Of a DNA stretch of 21,144 nucleotides, positions 1 through 8,405 are shown in pieces. Below the pieces are notes generated by a model. It saw only the letters and a list, made by a program, of their open reading frames with translations, was not told the DNA's origin and made no database searches. The stretch is from Longivirga aurantiaca (GTDB lineage: Bacteria > Actinomycetota > Actinomycetes > S36-B12 > CAIYMF01). A program made the position numbers and the translations under genes. Every line of letters begins with the position of its first letter. Positions within the stretch are counted from its first letter, which is position 1. Location: contig NZ_JBHSTI010000052.1 of the NCBI RefSeq assembly GCF_042660085.1, forward strand, positions 1 to 21,144. Direction: 5' to 3'.

Positions 1-1284
1 CTGACGATCGACACCGCCGTGCTCAGCGACGGCAACCACGAGATCTCGGCGGTGCTGTGCTCCGCCGACGGCGGCACGTGCGACACCGCGTCCCCCTCCA
101 ACGCCTCGACCATCACCGTGCAGCGGCTGCGGCCGACGGTGCGCGTGAGCCCGAGCGTCATCAGCCCGAACGCCGACGGCCGGCGCGACAGCACCGTGGT
201 GACGTACACGTTCGAGCAGAAACAGGGCGGCGCGCTGCGCGTGAAGACCGCGAGCGGCACCGTGGTGCGTACGGTCAACCTCACCCCGAGGGCCGCCGAC
301 ACCTACACCTGGACGTGGAACGGCCGGAACACCGCGGGCACGGTCGTGCCCAACGGCACGTACACCGTCGAGGTCGTCACCACGAGCGTGATCGACACGG
401 TCACGTGGAAGGGCGCTGCCACCGCGAAGGTGACGATCGACAAGACCAAGCCGGTCGCGTCGTCCGTGGTGCCGTCGTCGCCGAGCTACTACCCCATGGT
501 CGACGGCTACCGCGACACGTCCTCGCTCGGCGCGACGTCGAACGAGGCGGTCAGCGCCTTCGCGGTCTACATCTACAACAGCAGCGGCCTGCGCATCCGC
601 ACGATCACGGGGGGCGCCAAGCCGGCTGGTCGCGTCGCCGCCCTCTGGAACGGCAAGACCAACTCCGGCGCCCGCCCGCCGGCCGGCACCTACGCGTTCC
701 AGGTGATGCTCCAGGACGTCGCGGGCAACCAGACGCTGTCGGCCAAGGGCCGCGTCACGATCTCGTGGAAGTCCTTGAAGGCGAGGACCGCCACCAGGAC
801 GATCCCGGCGATGACGACGACGTTGGGATACGTGGCGGACAACGTCTGCAACTTCGTCTTCTCCAACGCACGTCCCGGCGTCTGGCCGAGCACCTCTATC
901 GCCTACGAGAGCCGCGACCCGGAGAACTGCGCCACGAACGGCACCGGCGACATCGCCTTCACCCTCAGCCAGTACACGCTGCCGGCCGCTCTCAAGTACG
1001 GGACCGTGTCGGTGTCGACGTACGGCGGTGGGAGCACCTCCGGCCTGCTGTGGACCCACGAGGCCGACCAGGGCGAGATCGACTACGTCCTGAAGGACGG
1101 CGAGACGATCGGCGTCTACCGCACGCTGAGCTCGGGAACCACGACGCATGCCGGTCCCACCGTGAAGGCGGCGGACTACCTGGTGAAGGGTCGCACCATC
1201 ACGTGGTGGATGGGCTCGGCCGACGGCAACTGGTACGACGTCCGCGACTTCACCATCACCTGGACGTACTACGTGCTGGCCTAG
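1..1284 (+). CDS. Secreted/cell-surface protein with tandem FlgD-Ig-like (bacterial Ig-fold) repeats; 5' end lies outside the window
   Basis: Frame 1 is open from base 1 (LTIDTAV precedes the GTG at 19), so the gene starts upstream. Repeated signature W-x-W-N-G-x-x-x-x-G-x-x-x-P-x-G-T-Y ('WTWNGRNTAGTVVPNGTYTVEV', 'LWNGKTNSGARPPAGTYAFQVMLQDVAGN') is typical of FlgD Ig-like domains. Third-position GC is very high. TAG stop at 1282-1284. Confidence 0.6.
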   Translation: MTIDTAVLSDGNHEISAVLCSADGGTCDTASPSNASTITVQRLRPTVRVSPSVISPNADGRRDSTVVTYTFEQKQGGALRVKTASGTVVRTVNLTPRAADTYTWTWNGRNTAGTVVPNGTYTVEVVTTSVIDTVTWKGAATAKVTIDKTKPVASSVVPSSPSYYPMVDGYRDTSSLGATSNEAVSAFAVYIYNSSGLRIRTITGGAKPAGRVAALWNGKTNSGARPPAGTYAFQVMLQDVAGNQTLSAKGRVTISWKSLKARTATRTIPAMTTTLGYVADNVCNFVFSNARPGVWPSTSIAYESRDPENCATNGTGDIAFTLSQYTLPAALKYGTVSVSTYGGGSTSGLLWTHEADQGEIDYVLKDGETIGVYRTLSSGTTTHAGPTVKAADYLVKGRTITWWMGSADGNWYDVRDFTITWTYYVLA

Positions 1285-1285
1285 C

Positions 1286-1322
1286 CGCCGTCAGCGACGG
1301 CGTCGGACCTTCGGGGGGTCCG
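1286..1322. terminator. Two adjacent GC-rich hairpins between convergent genes (candidate bidirectional terminator)
   Basis: cgccgtc-agc-gacggcg (1286-1302) and cggacc-ttcgggg-ggtccg (1304-1322) lie between the stop at 1284 (+) and the stop at 1336 (-). No U-tract, which is common in actinobacterial terminators. Confidence 0.4.
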
Positions 1323-1335
1323 GAGACGTCGCCGT

Positions 1336-2991
1336 TCACGCCGCCTGATCGTCGTAGCGGGAGCCGATCTCGGCCGTGATGCTGGAGCCGTCTACCCCGC
1401 CGGTCACGGCGGCCAGGAAGTCGGCGCCGCGCAGCACCAGCACCCGCAGCGGGCTCTCGGCGGTCACCGTCGCCGTCCTCGTCGTGTGCCGCAGGAGCGC
1501 CACCTCACCGAAGTAGTCGCCCGGGCCGAGCAGCCCGCTCTTGCGGACCCCGTCGACGGTGATCGACACCTCGCCGGCGCCGATCACGAAGAACTCACGC
1601 CCCAGGTCGCCCTGGCGCAGCACCACGACACCGGCCTCGAGCTCGACCCAGCGGCTGTTGCGAGCGAGCCGCTCGACGTCGTACGGCGGGAGCTCGGCGA
1701 GGAACTCCACCTGCCGGAGCAGGTCGAGCTCGGCGGGGAGGTAGCGCGCCCGCTTCTCGAGACGCCGCACGGGGATGGTGCACGCGACCGCGACGAGGGC
1801 GACGCCGACCCCGAGCGGAACCCATGCCTGGCCCGCGCCGAACCGGTCGATGAGCAAGGGCGCCAGCAGCGCCCCGAGCGCCGAGCCGAGCAGGGCCGTG
1901 CTCTCCTGGACGGCGAACACGCGCGCGAGGATGCGGTCGTCGGTGGAGCGCTGCAGGAGCGTGCGTCCGGCGACGACCGTCGCCGCGCCGCCGAGCCCCG
2001 TCAGCGCCAGTGTCACGGCCGCGGGGACGAGCAGGCCCCACACGGGAACGAGGGCGAACGCGACACCCTCGAGCACCGCACCCCAGACGACCACGCGGGC
2101 GAGCCGCCGTCCGTGCGAGAGCCAGGCGCCCACGAAGGCACCGAGGAGGCCGCCGATGCCGAGCGAGCCGATGAGCAGTCCCGCGCCGTCCTCCGCCAGG
2201 TCGAGCACGTCCTTCGCGTAGGCGACGCCCAGGATGTCGAGCGCCCCGGTCACGACGAAGTCGATCGCGAGCACGAGCAGCAGTGCGAGCGATGCCCAGT
2301 CGCGCCAGAGCGAGATGAGCCCGCCGAGCGCCCCACGCAGGCCCGACTCCTCGTCGTCCGCGGCCGCGGGAGCCGACAGCCCCAGCCGCAGGCACAGCAG
2401 CGGCGGGAGGATGGCGACGGCCACGGCGACCGCCATCGCCGTGGTGGGCCCGGACCCGGCGACGAGCACGCCCGCCACCACCGGCCCGATGAACCGCGTC
2501 GACCCGTCGAGCACCGAAGACAGGGAGTTCGCCGACACGAGCTGCGCCGGCGCCGAGGCCAGCTGCGGCAGCGCGGCGAAGTGGATGGGCCGCACGACCG
2601 CGATGGCGGTGGTCAGCAGCGTCGAGGCGCCGATGACGACCGCGGTCGACGCGTCGGCGGCGAGCGCGGCCCAGGTGACGGCGGAGAGGACCGCGACCAG
2701 GCCGTGCGCGAGGGCGAGCGCCGTGCCACGCGGCAGCCGGTCGCCGATGCCCGCGAGGGCCGGCCCGAGCAGGGCGGCCGGGACCAGCTGGACGACCGCG
2801 GCGACGCCCGCGAGGCCTGCGCCGCCGCGGTCGAAGGCCCAGAGGATGATGGTCAGCCAGGCGTAGAACTCGATGAAGTCGTACACCGCGTAGGCGGCAA
2901 GCACCCGCCGCATCCCCGTACGCGAGGTCAGTGCGGCGAACACGCTCGGCGTTCCCCGCATGGCCACCTGTCCTGAGCGCCCGCCGCCCAT
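1336..2991 (-). CDS. MFS transporter fused to a C-terminal cyclic-nucleotide-binding (CNB/cNMP) domain
   Basis: About 400 aa of repeated hydrophobic helices (MFS-like, 12-TM pattern) are followed by a CNB domain: 'VVLRQGDLGREFFVIGAGEVSITVDG...GPGDYFGEVALLRHTTRTATVTA' with the phosphate-binding cassette FGE-x-A-L-x5-R-T-A-T-V. Start is uncertain: ATG at 2991 or ATG at 2961 (MRGTPSVF...), the latter having a weak AGGACAGG upstream. Confidence 0.8.
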   Translation of the reverse strand: MGGGRSGQVAMRGTPSVFAALTSRTGMRRVLAAYAVYDFIEFYAWLTIILWAFDRGGAGLAGVAAVVQLVPAALLGPALAGIGDRLPRGTALALAHGLVAVLSAVTWAALAADASTAVVIGASTLLTTAIAVVRPIHFAALPQLASAPAQLVSANSLSSVLDGSTRFIGPVVAGVLVAGSGPTTAMAVAVAVAILPPLLCLRLGLSAPAAADDEESGLRGALGGLISLWRDWASLALLLVLAIDFVVTGALDILGVAYAKDVLDLAEDGAGLLIGSLGIGGLLGAFVGAWLSHGRRLARVVVWGAVLEGVAFALVPVWGLLVPAAVTLALTGLGGAATVVAGRTLLQRSTDDRILARVFAVQESTALLGSALGALLAPLLIDRFGAGQAWVPLGVGVALVAVACTIPVRRLEKRARYLPAELDLLRQVEFLAELPPYDVERLARNSRWVELEAGVVVLRQGDLGREFFVIGAGEVSITVDGVRKSGLLGPGDYFGEVALLRHTTRTATVTAESPLRVLVLRGADFLAAVTGGVDGSSITAEIGSRYDDQAA

Positions 2992-3228
2992 CGGCGGGAC
3001 CTGCAGGGATCATGTCGAGGCTGGCGGCCGCGGGCCACCGGTTCGCGCAGGTTCGGCAGCTCTCCTCGTCGTCCACGCGCACCGCCGGGGCCGGGCAGCG
3101 GCTCCCTCGTGACGTCCGTGTGACGGAATGGTGGAACTGGTCACGCGCTGTCACCGGGCGCGCTAGCGTCCCGCCTGGTCACGCGGGGGCGCAGGTGCCG
3201 CGCGGGCACGTCAGGTGGAGGACGACGG

Positions 3229-4950
3229 ATGTCGGTCGTAGGCGAGGCTCTGCGCGAGACCGGATCGTCGCTGGGGATGGTGTTCCGCAACCCGGCGCTG
3301 CGCAAGCTCAACCTCGCGTTCGCCGGGTCCGCGATCGGCGACTGGGCCTACGCCACGGCCATGGCCGTGTGGGTCTACTCGGTCGGTGGCCTGACTGCCG
3401 TCGGGGTCTGGGGCACGTTGCGCCTCATCATCATGACGTTGGTGACGCCCTTCGCGTCCATCCTCGTCGACCGGTACTCGCGCAAGCGGATCATGGTGTC
3501 CGCCGACCTGCTGCGCGGCGGCGTCATCTTCATCTGCGCGTTCCTCGTGATGACCGAGGCCCCGGTGTGGACGGTGTTCGTGCTCGCGACGCTCACGTCG
3601 GTGTTCGCCGCGCCCTTCCGCCCCGCGGTCGCCGCCCTGCTGCCGCACCTCGTGGAGCGGCCCGAGGAGCTCACGGCGGCGAACGGCACCTCGAGCACCA
3701 TCGACAGCCTGTCGTTCTTCGTCGGCCCGGCCCTCGGCGGCATCCTGCTCACCTTCACGACCATCCCTGTGGTGATGCTCCTCAACGTGGCGACGTTCCT
3801 GTGGTCGGCCGCGCTCGTGGCAACCATCCGCGTGCCGCACCCGTCCGTGGCCCCGGGGCTGATCGGTGCCGAGGATGCGCCCGCGGCGACGGCCGACGGC
3901 CCCGCCGCCGGGGACACGCTCGTCGAAGAGCTCGAGGAGGAGACGGAGACCTTCCTGCAGGAGTCGGTCGCCGGCTTCCGCACGATCTGGGCCAACAAGG
4001 ACCTGCGCCTCGTCTCCCTCGTCTACTGCGCCCAGACCATCGTGGCGGGGGCGTCCGTCGTCTACGGCATCGCGATGGCCGTGGAGATGACGAGCTTCGG
4101 ACCGAACGGCGTGGGCTACCTCGACAGCATGTTCGGTGTCGGCGCGATCATCGGCGGGCTCGTGGCCCTCGGCCGGGCGTCGAAGATGAAGGTGGCGACC
4201 GACTTCGGCTGGGGCGTCATCCTCTGGGCCATCCCGCTGCTGCTCGCGGCGATCTTCCCGCAGGCGTGGGCAGCGCTCCTCGCCGTCGCGATCATGGGCT
4301 TCGGGAACCCGCTGGTCGACGTCAACGCCGTCACCATCGTGCAGCGCCTCGGCGACGACAAGGTGATGGGCCGCATCTTCGGCGCGCTCGAGACCGGGCT
4401 CATCGCGGCGATGGCCCTCGGCTCGGTGCTGATGCCGCTGCTCCTGCACTTCTTCGGTCTGCAGTGGGCGCTCGCGATCCTGGCCATCGGCATCTCGGCT
4501 GTCGTGCTGCCGTTCATGGGCCGGCTGCGCCGGATGAACTCGACCCTGCGCGAGCCGGACGGCCTGCGGCTGCTGCGCGCGCTGCCGCTGTTCGCGCCGC
4601 TCGAGCCCAAGTCCCTCGAGCTCGTCGCCCAGCAGCTGCGCCGCGTCGAGGTGGCCGCTGGCGAGACGGTCATCACCGAGGGCGAGCCCGGCGACCAGTT
4701 CTACGTCGTCGAGTCCGGTGCGCTCACGGCGTCGTTCCACGGCGAGGTGCTCTCCCAGCAGGGGCCCGGCGACCCGTTCGGCGAGATCGCCCTGCTGCGC
4801 GACGTGCCGCGCACGGCCACGGTCGTCGCCGACGAGCCGACCGTGCTCTACAGCCTCGACCGCGACACGTTCCTCGACGCGGTCACCGGCAACAGCGACG
4901 TCAGCGGCCAGGCCGACGACCTCATCGCCCGCCGCATCCCCACCTACTGA
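3229..4950 (+). CDS. MFS transporter fused to a C-terminal cyclic-nucleotide-binding (CNB/cNMP) domain (paralogue of 1336-2991)
   Basis: GGAGGA at 3217-3222 lies 6 nt upstream of the ATG at 3229. There are 12 predicted hydrophobic segments with an acidic central loop (EELEEETE). C-terminal CNB domain: 'ETVITEGEPGDQFYVVESGALTASFHGE...GPGDPFGEIALLRDVPRTATVVA'. The N-terminal region aligns by eye with the divergent neighbour. Confidence 0.85.
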   Translation: MSVVGEALRETGSSLGMVFRNPALRKLNLAFAGSAIGDWAYATAMAVWVYSVGGLTAVGVWGTLRLIIMTLVTPFASILVDRYSRKRIMVSADLLRGGVIFICAFLVMTEAPVWTVFVLATLTSVFAAPFRPAVAALLPHLVERPEELTAANGTSSTIDSLSFFVGPALGGILLTFTTIPVVMLLNVATFLWSAALVATIRVPHPSVAPGLIGAEDAPAATADGPAAGDTLVEELEEETETFLQESVAGFRTIWANKDLRLVSLVYCAQTIVAGASVVYGIAMAVEMTSFGPNGVGYLDSMFGVGAIIGGLVALGRASKMKVATDFGWGVILWAIPLLLAAIFPQAWAALLAVAIMGFGNPLVDVNAVTIVQRLGDDKVMGRIFGALETGLIAAMALGSVLMPLLLHFFGLQWALAILAIGISAVVLPFMGRLRRMNSTLREPDGLRLLRALPLFAPLEPKSLELVAQQLRRVEVAAGETVITEGEPGDQFYVVESGALTASFHGEVLSQQGPGDPFGEIALLRDVPRTATVVADEPTVLYSLDRDTFLDAVTGNSDVSGQADDLIARRIPTY

Positions 4951-4981
4951 GCCGTCGCGAGGACCGGCCGGCGAGCAGCGG

Positions 4982-6649
4982 TCAGGGCAGCCGGACGGTG
5001 CGGTCCAGGGCCGCGACGCCGTGCGGGCGGTGGGCGACCCAGAGCACCGTGCGGCCGGTGAGCGCGCGCAGCAGCTCGGCGGCCACGACCTCTGCCGTGG
5101 CCTCGTCGAGGTGCTCGGTCGGCTCGTCCAGGAGGACGACGGGATGCCCGGCGAGCAGCACCCGCGCGACGCCGAGGCGCTGACGCTGACCGGCCGACAC
5201 GAGCGCGCCGTGGTCGCCGACGGAGGTGTTGAGGCCGCGCGGCTGCGCGTCGAGCCACGGCCCGAGGCCGACGGCGTCGAGCGCGGCCCGCACCTCGTCG
5301 TCGGACGCCTCGGGCTTGGCCAGCCGCACGTTCTCCACCACCGAGGTGTCGAACACGTGCGGCAGCTGCGGGCACCAGCCCACCACCGTGCGGACGTCGG
5401 ACCCGCGCAGGTCGCGGAGCTCGACGTCGCCGAGCCGCACCGAGCCGTCGTACGGCAGGAAGCCGGCGAGCACCGCGAGGAGGGTGGACTTGCCCGAGCC
5501 GGACGAGCCCACGATCGCCACCCGCTCGCCGGGCGCCACGTCGAGCGTGAGGCCCTCGAGCACCTCGGGCCCGCTCGGCCACGATGCCCGCAGGCCGTCG
5601 AGCCGCACGCCGACGACCCCCGTCGGCACCTCGGCGGGCGACTCCGGGTCGGGTACGGGGTCGACGGCGTCGAGCACCTCGACCACGCGCTGCGCCGACC
5701 CGCGCACCCGGCCGAGCGCGAGCGCGGCGGTGGGCATCGCCACGACCGCCTCGTACGTCGCCAGCGGCAGCAGCACGAGCACCGCGAGGTTGACGCCGAC
5801 GAGCTCGCCGGAGCGCACCGCCGGGATCGCGACCAGCAGCATCGCGACGACCGCGCCGCCGGAGAGCAGCACGCCGAGAGCGGAGGCGAGGCCGGATGCG
5901 TTCGCCGACCGCGCTGCGAGCCGGCCGATCCGCCGGTCGTCCTCCGCCAGCCGGTCGAGCCAGGCCGGCGCCGCGCCCGACACGGTCAGGTCGGCCGCGC
6001 CGTCGAGCAGCGTGAGCACGTCGGCGTTGAGCGCACCGCGGGCCGGTGCGCTGGCCCGCTCGGCGTCGGCTGCGGCGCTCGCCGCGATCCACGGCACGAC
6101 GGTCGAGGCGAGGGCCAGCGACACGAGGAGCACCACCGCGGACGCGGGGAGGATGAAGTACGCGAGGACCACCGAGGCGAGCGCGACCAGCGCCCCGGAC
6201 GCGTAGGGCAGGAGCACGCGGAGCGGCAGGTCCTGGGTGGCGTCGACGTCGCGGACGAGGCGCTCGAGGAGGTCGCCGCGGCGGTACGCCGGGACACCTG
6301 CCGGCGCTACGACCGCGAGCCGGTCGTACACCGCGAGCCGCAGCCGCGAGAGCACGCGGAACGCGGCGTCGTGCGACACCATGCGCTCGGCGTACCGGAA
6401 GACGCCCTTGCCGATACCGAACGCGCGGACCCCGACGATCGCGACCTCGAGGGTGAGGATCGGCGGCTGCAGCGCGGCGCTGGAGATGAGCCACGCACTG
6501 GTGGCGAGCAGGCCCACGCCGGACCCGATCGCGAGGAACCCCAGCAGGATCGCGAGCGCGAGCCTGCTGCGCTCGGTCGCCAGCCACGGGAGCAGCCGCC
6601 GCACCGGCGACTGCCCCGCCGCCGGCACCGGAGTGGTCACAGCACTCAC
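4982..6649 (-). CDS. cydC: Thiol-reductant ABC exporter subunit CydC (cytochrome bd biogenesis)
   Basis: N-terminal 6-TM ABC exporter domain. Walker A 'GSSGSGKSTLL', signature 'VSAGQRQRLGVARVLL', Walker B 'VVLLDEPTEHLD'. Last gene of the cydABDC cluster. GTG start at 6649 with a CCGGGGG purine-rich stretch upstream. Confidence 0.9.
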   Translation of the reverse strand: MSAVTTPVPAAGQSPVRRLLPWLATERSRLALAILLGFLAIGSGVGLLATSAWLISSAALQPPILTLEVAIVGVRAFGIGKGVFRYAERMVSHDAAFRVLSRLRLAVYDRLAVVAPAGVPAYRRGDLLERLVRDVDATQDLPLRVLLPYASGALVALASVVLAYFILPASAVVLLVSLALASTVVPWIAASAAADAERASAPARGALNADVLTLLDGAADLTVSGAAPAWLDRLAEDDRRIGRLAARSANASGLASALGVLLSGGAVVAMLLVAIPAVRSGELVGVNLAVLVLLPLATYEAVVAMPTAALALGRVRGSAQRVVEVLDAVDPVPDPESPAEVPTGVVGVRLDGLRASWPSGPEVLEGLTLDVAPGERVAIVGSSGSGKSTLLAVLAGFLPYDGSVRLGDVELRDLRGSDVRTVVGWCPQLPHVFDTSVVENVRLAKPEASDDEVRAALDAVGLGPWLDAQPRGLNTSVGDHGALVSAGQRQRLGVARVLLAGHPVVLLDEPTEHLDEATAEVVAAELLRALTGRTVLWVAHRPHGVAALDRTVRLP

Positions 6650-6669
6650 GCCGCACCCCCGGAAGGACG

Positions 6670-6731
6670 CGAGTTACTGCCCAGATGGTCGCTGAAGGGC
6701 GCCCTTCCGCGACCATCTGGGCAGTAACTCG
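6670..6731. repeat. 62-bp near-perfect palindrome (inverted repeat/hairpin) in the cydD-cydC spacer
   Basis: Arms gagttactgcccagatggtcgc (6671-6692) and gcgaccatctgggcagtaactc (6709-6730) are exact reverse complements. The centre gaagggc|gcccttc (6694-6707) is itself palindromic. Flanking c6670/g6731 also pair. The only asymmetric pair is t6693/c6708, so 30 of 31 symmetric positions are complementary. Confidence 0.95.
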
Positions 6732-6749
6732 AGGAACTCGAGGGCGGGG

Positions 6750-8402
6750 TCATGCGGGGACTCCGGCGGGCTCGAGGGTGAGCACGGTGTCGCCGGGCTG
6801 GACGAGGCCCGGGCGGTGGGCGACGACGACGACGGCCGATCCCCGGGCGGCGAGCAGCCGAACCGCGGCGACGACGCCGGCCTCGGCCTCGTCGTCGAGA
6901 CCGGCGGTCGGCTCGTCGAGCAGGACGAGCGGCGGCGGGTCGAGGAGCACGCGCGCGAGCGCCACCCGGCGGCGCTGGCCGGCCGAGACGTCGGACGCGA
7001 GGTCGCCCACGCGGGTGGCTGCCCCGTCGGGCAGCGTGGCCGGGTCGAGACCGGCTTCCCGCAGCGCGGCATCGACGGCCGCGTCGGTCGCGGCCGGGCG
7101 CCGCAGCCGTACGTCGTCCGCCACGGTCGGGCCGACGAGCACCGGATCCTGCGCGACCACGCCGAGGCGCGCGCGCCAGACCGTGGCGTCGAGGTCGGCG
7201 AGGTCGGCGTCGCCGACGCGCACCGCACCGCTGGTCGGGGCGACGAACGCCTGCAGCACCGCGAGCAGCGTCGACTTGCCCGCACCCGACGGTCCGACGA
7301 CGGCCGTTACCCTGCCCGGTTCGATCGTGACCGAGCTGGGCAGGAGCGCGACGACCTCGCTGCCCGGGTAGGTCACGCCGACGCCGTCGACCACCATCGG
7401 GCCGGCGGGCACGTCGGTGCGGGTCCCGGTCGTGGCCGGCTCCGTGCCGAGGATCTCGAAGACCTGCTCGGCGGCATCGATCCCGTCGGCGGCGGCGTGG
7501 AACTGCGCGCCGACCATGCGGATGGGCAGGTAGACCTCGGGCGCGAGGATCAGCACGGTCAGGCCGGTCTGCAGGTCGATCTCGCCGTACACGAGCCGGA
7601 TGCCGATCGCGACGGCGACCACGGCCACCGACAGAGACGCCAGCAGCTCGAGGGTGAGCGACGACAGGAACGAGATCCGCAGAACGCCGACGGTCGCCTT
7701 GCGGTAGCGGCGGTCGATCTCGGCCATGCGCTGGGACTGCGCGGTCTCGCGTCGGAACGCCTTGAGGGTCGGCAGGCCCGCCACGACGTCGAGGAAGTGG
7801 CCGGAGAGCACACCGAGCGTCGACCACTGCTTGGCCGTCGCCGACTGCGTGTAGAGGCCGATCAGGATCATGAAGACCGGGATCAGCGGCGCGGTGACGG
7901 CGACGATGACGGCGGCCAGCAGGTCCTGGGTGAGGATCGCGATGCCGACGGTGAGCGGGACGACGACGGCGATGACGAGCTGCGGCAGGTAGCGCGAGAC
8001 GTACGGCTCGACCGAGTCGATGCCGCGCGTGGCGAGGGTGGCGACCTGGCCGCGGCGCTCGCCCGAGAGCCAGACGGGCCCGAGCCGTACGACGTGGGCG
8101 AGCATCGCCGCGCGCAGCTCGCGCGACGTGCGCGTCGCCGACCGCTGCGCGAGGACGTCGCCCAGCCCGGACAGCAGTGCGCGCCCGACCACGATGCCCG
8201 CGAGCAGCGTGATCACGGGCATGACGTCGTCGAGCGCGGCCTCGCCGAGGAACACCTCGGACACGACGTAGCCCAGGCAGAACGCCTGGGCCACGACGAG
8301 TGCTGCGGTGAGGCCTGCCACGACCACCGACCCGAGGAGCAGGCTGCGAACTCCGCGTGCGTAGCGCAGCAGCCTCGGATCGAGTGGTCGGGACACCCCC
8401 AC
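6750..8402 (-). CDS. cydD: Thiol-reductant ABC exporter subunit CydD (cytochrome bd biogenesis)
   Basis: 6-TM ABC exporter domain plus NBD: Walker A 'GPSGAGKSTLL', signature 'VSAGQRRRVALARVLL', Walker B 'LVLLDEPTAGLD'. The GTG start at 8402 lies 3 nt after the cydB TAA stop (8406-8408), consistent with translational coupling. Confidence 0.9.
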   Translation of the reverse strand: MGVSRPLDPRLLRYARGVRSLLLGSVVVAGLTAALVVAQAFCLGYVVSEVFLGEAALDDVMPVITLLAGIVVGRALLSGLGDVLAQRSATRTSRELRAAMLAHVVRLGPVWLSGERRGQVATLATRGIDSVEPYVSRYLPQLVIAVVVPLTVGIAILTQDLLAAVIVAVTAPLIPVFMILIGLYTQSATAKQWSTLGVLSGHFLDVVAGLPTLKAFRRETAQSQRMAEIDRRYRKATVGVLRISFLSSLTLELLASLSVAVVAVAIGIRLVYGEIDLQTGLTVLILAPEVYLPIRMVGAQFHAAADGIDAAEQVFEILGTEPATTGTRTDVPAGPMVVDGVGVTYPGSEVVALLPSSVTIEPGRVTAVVGPSGAGKSTLLAVLQAFVAPTSGAVRVGDADLADLDATVWRARLGVVAQDPVLVGPTVADDVRLRRPAATDAAVDAALREAGLDPATLPDGAATRVGDLASDVSAGQRRRVALARVLLDPPPLVLLDEPTAGLDDEAEAGVVAAVRLLAARGSAVVVVAHRPGLVQPGDTVLTLEPAGVPA

Positions 8403-8405
8403 AGG

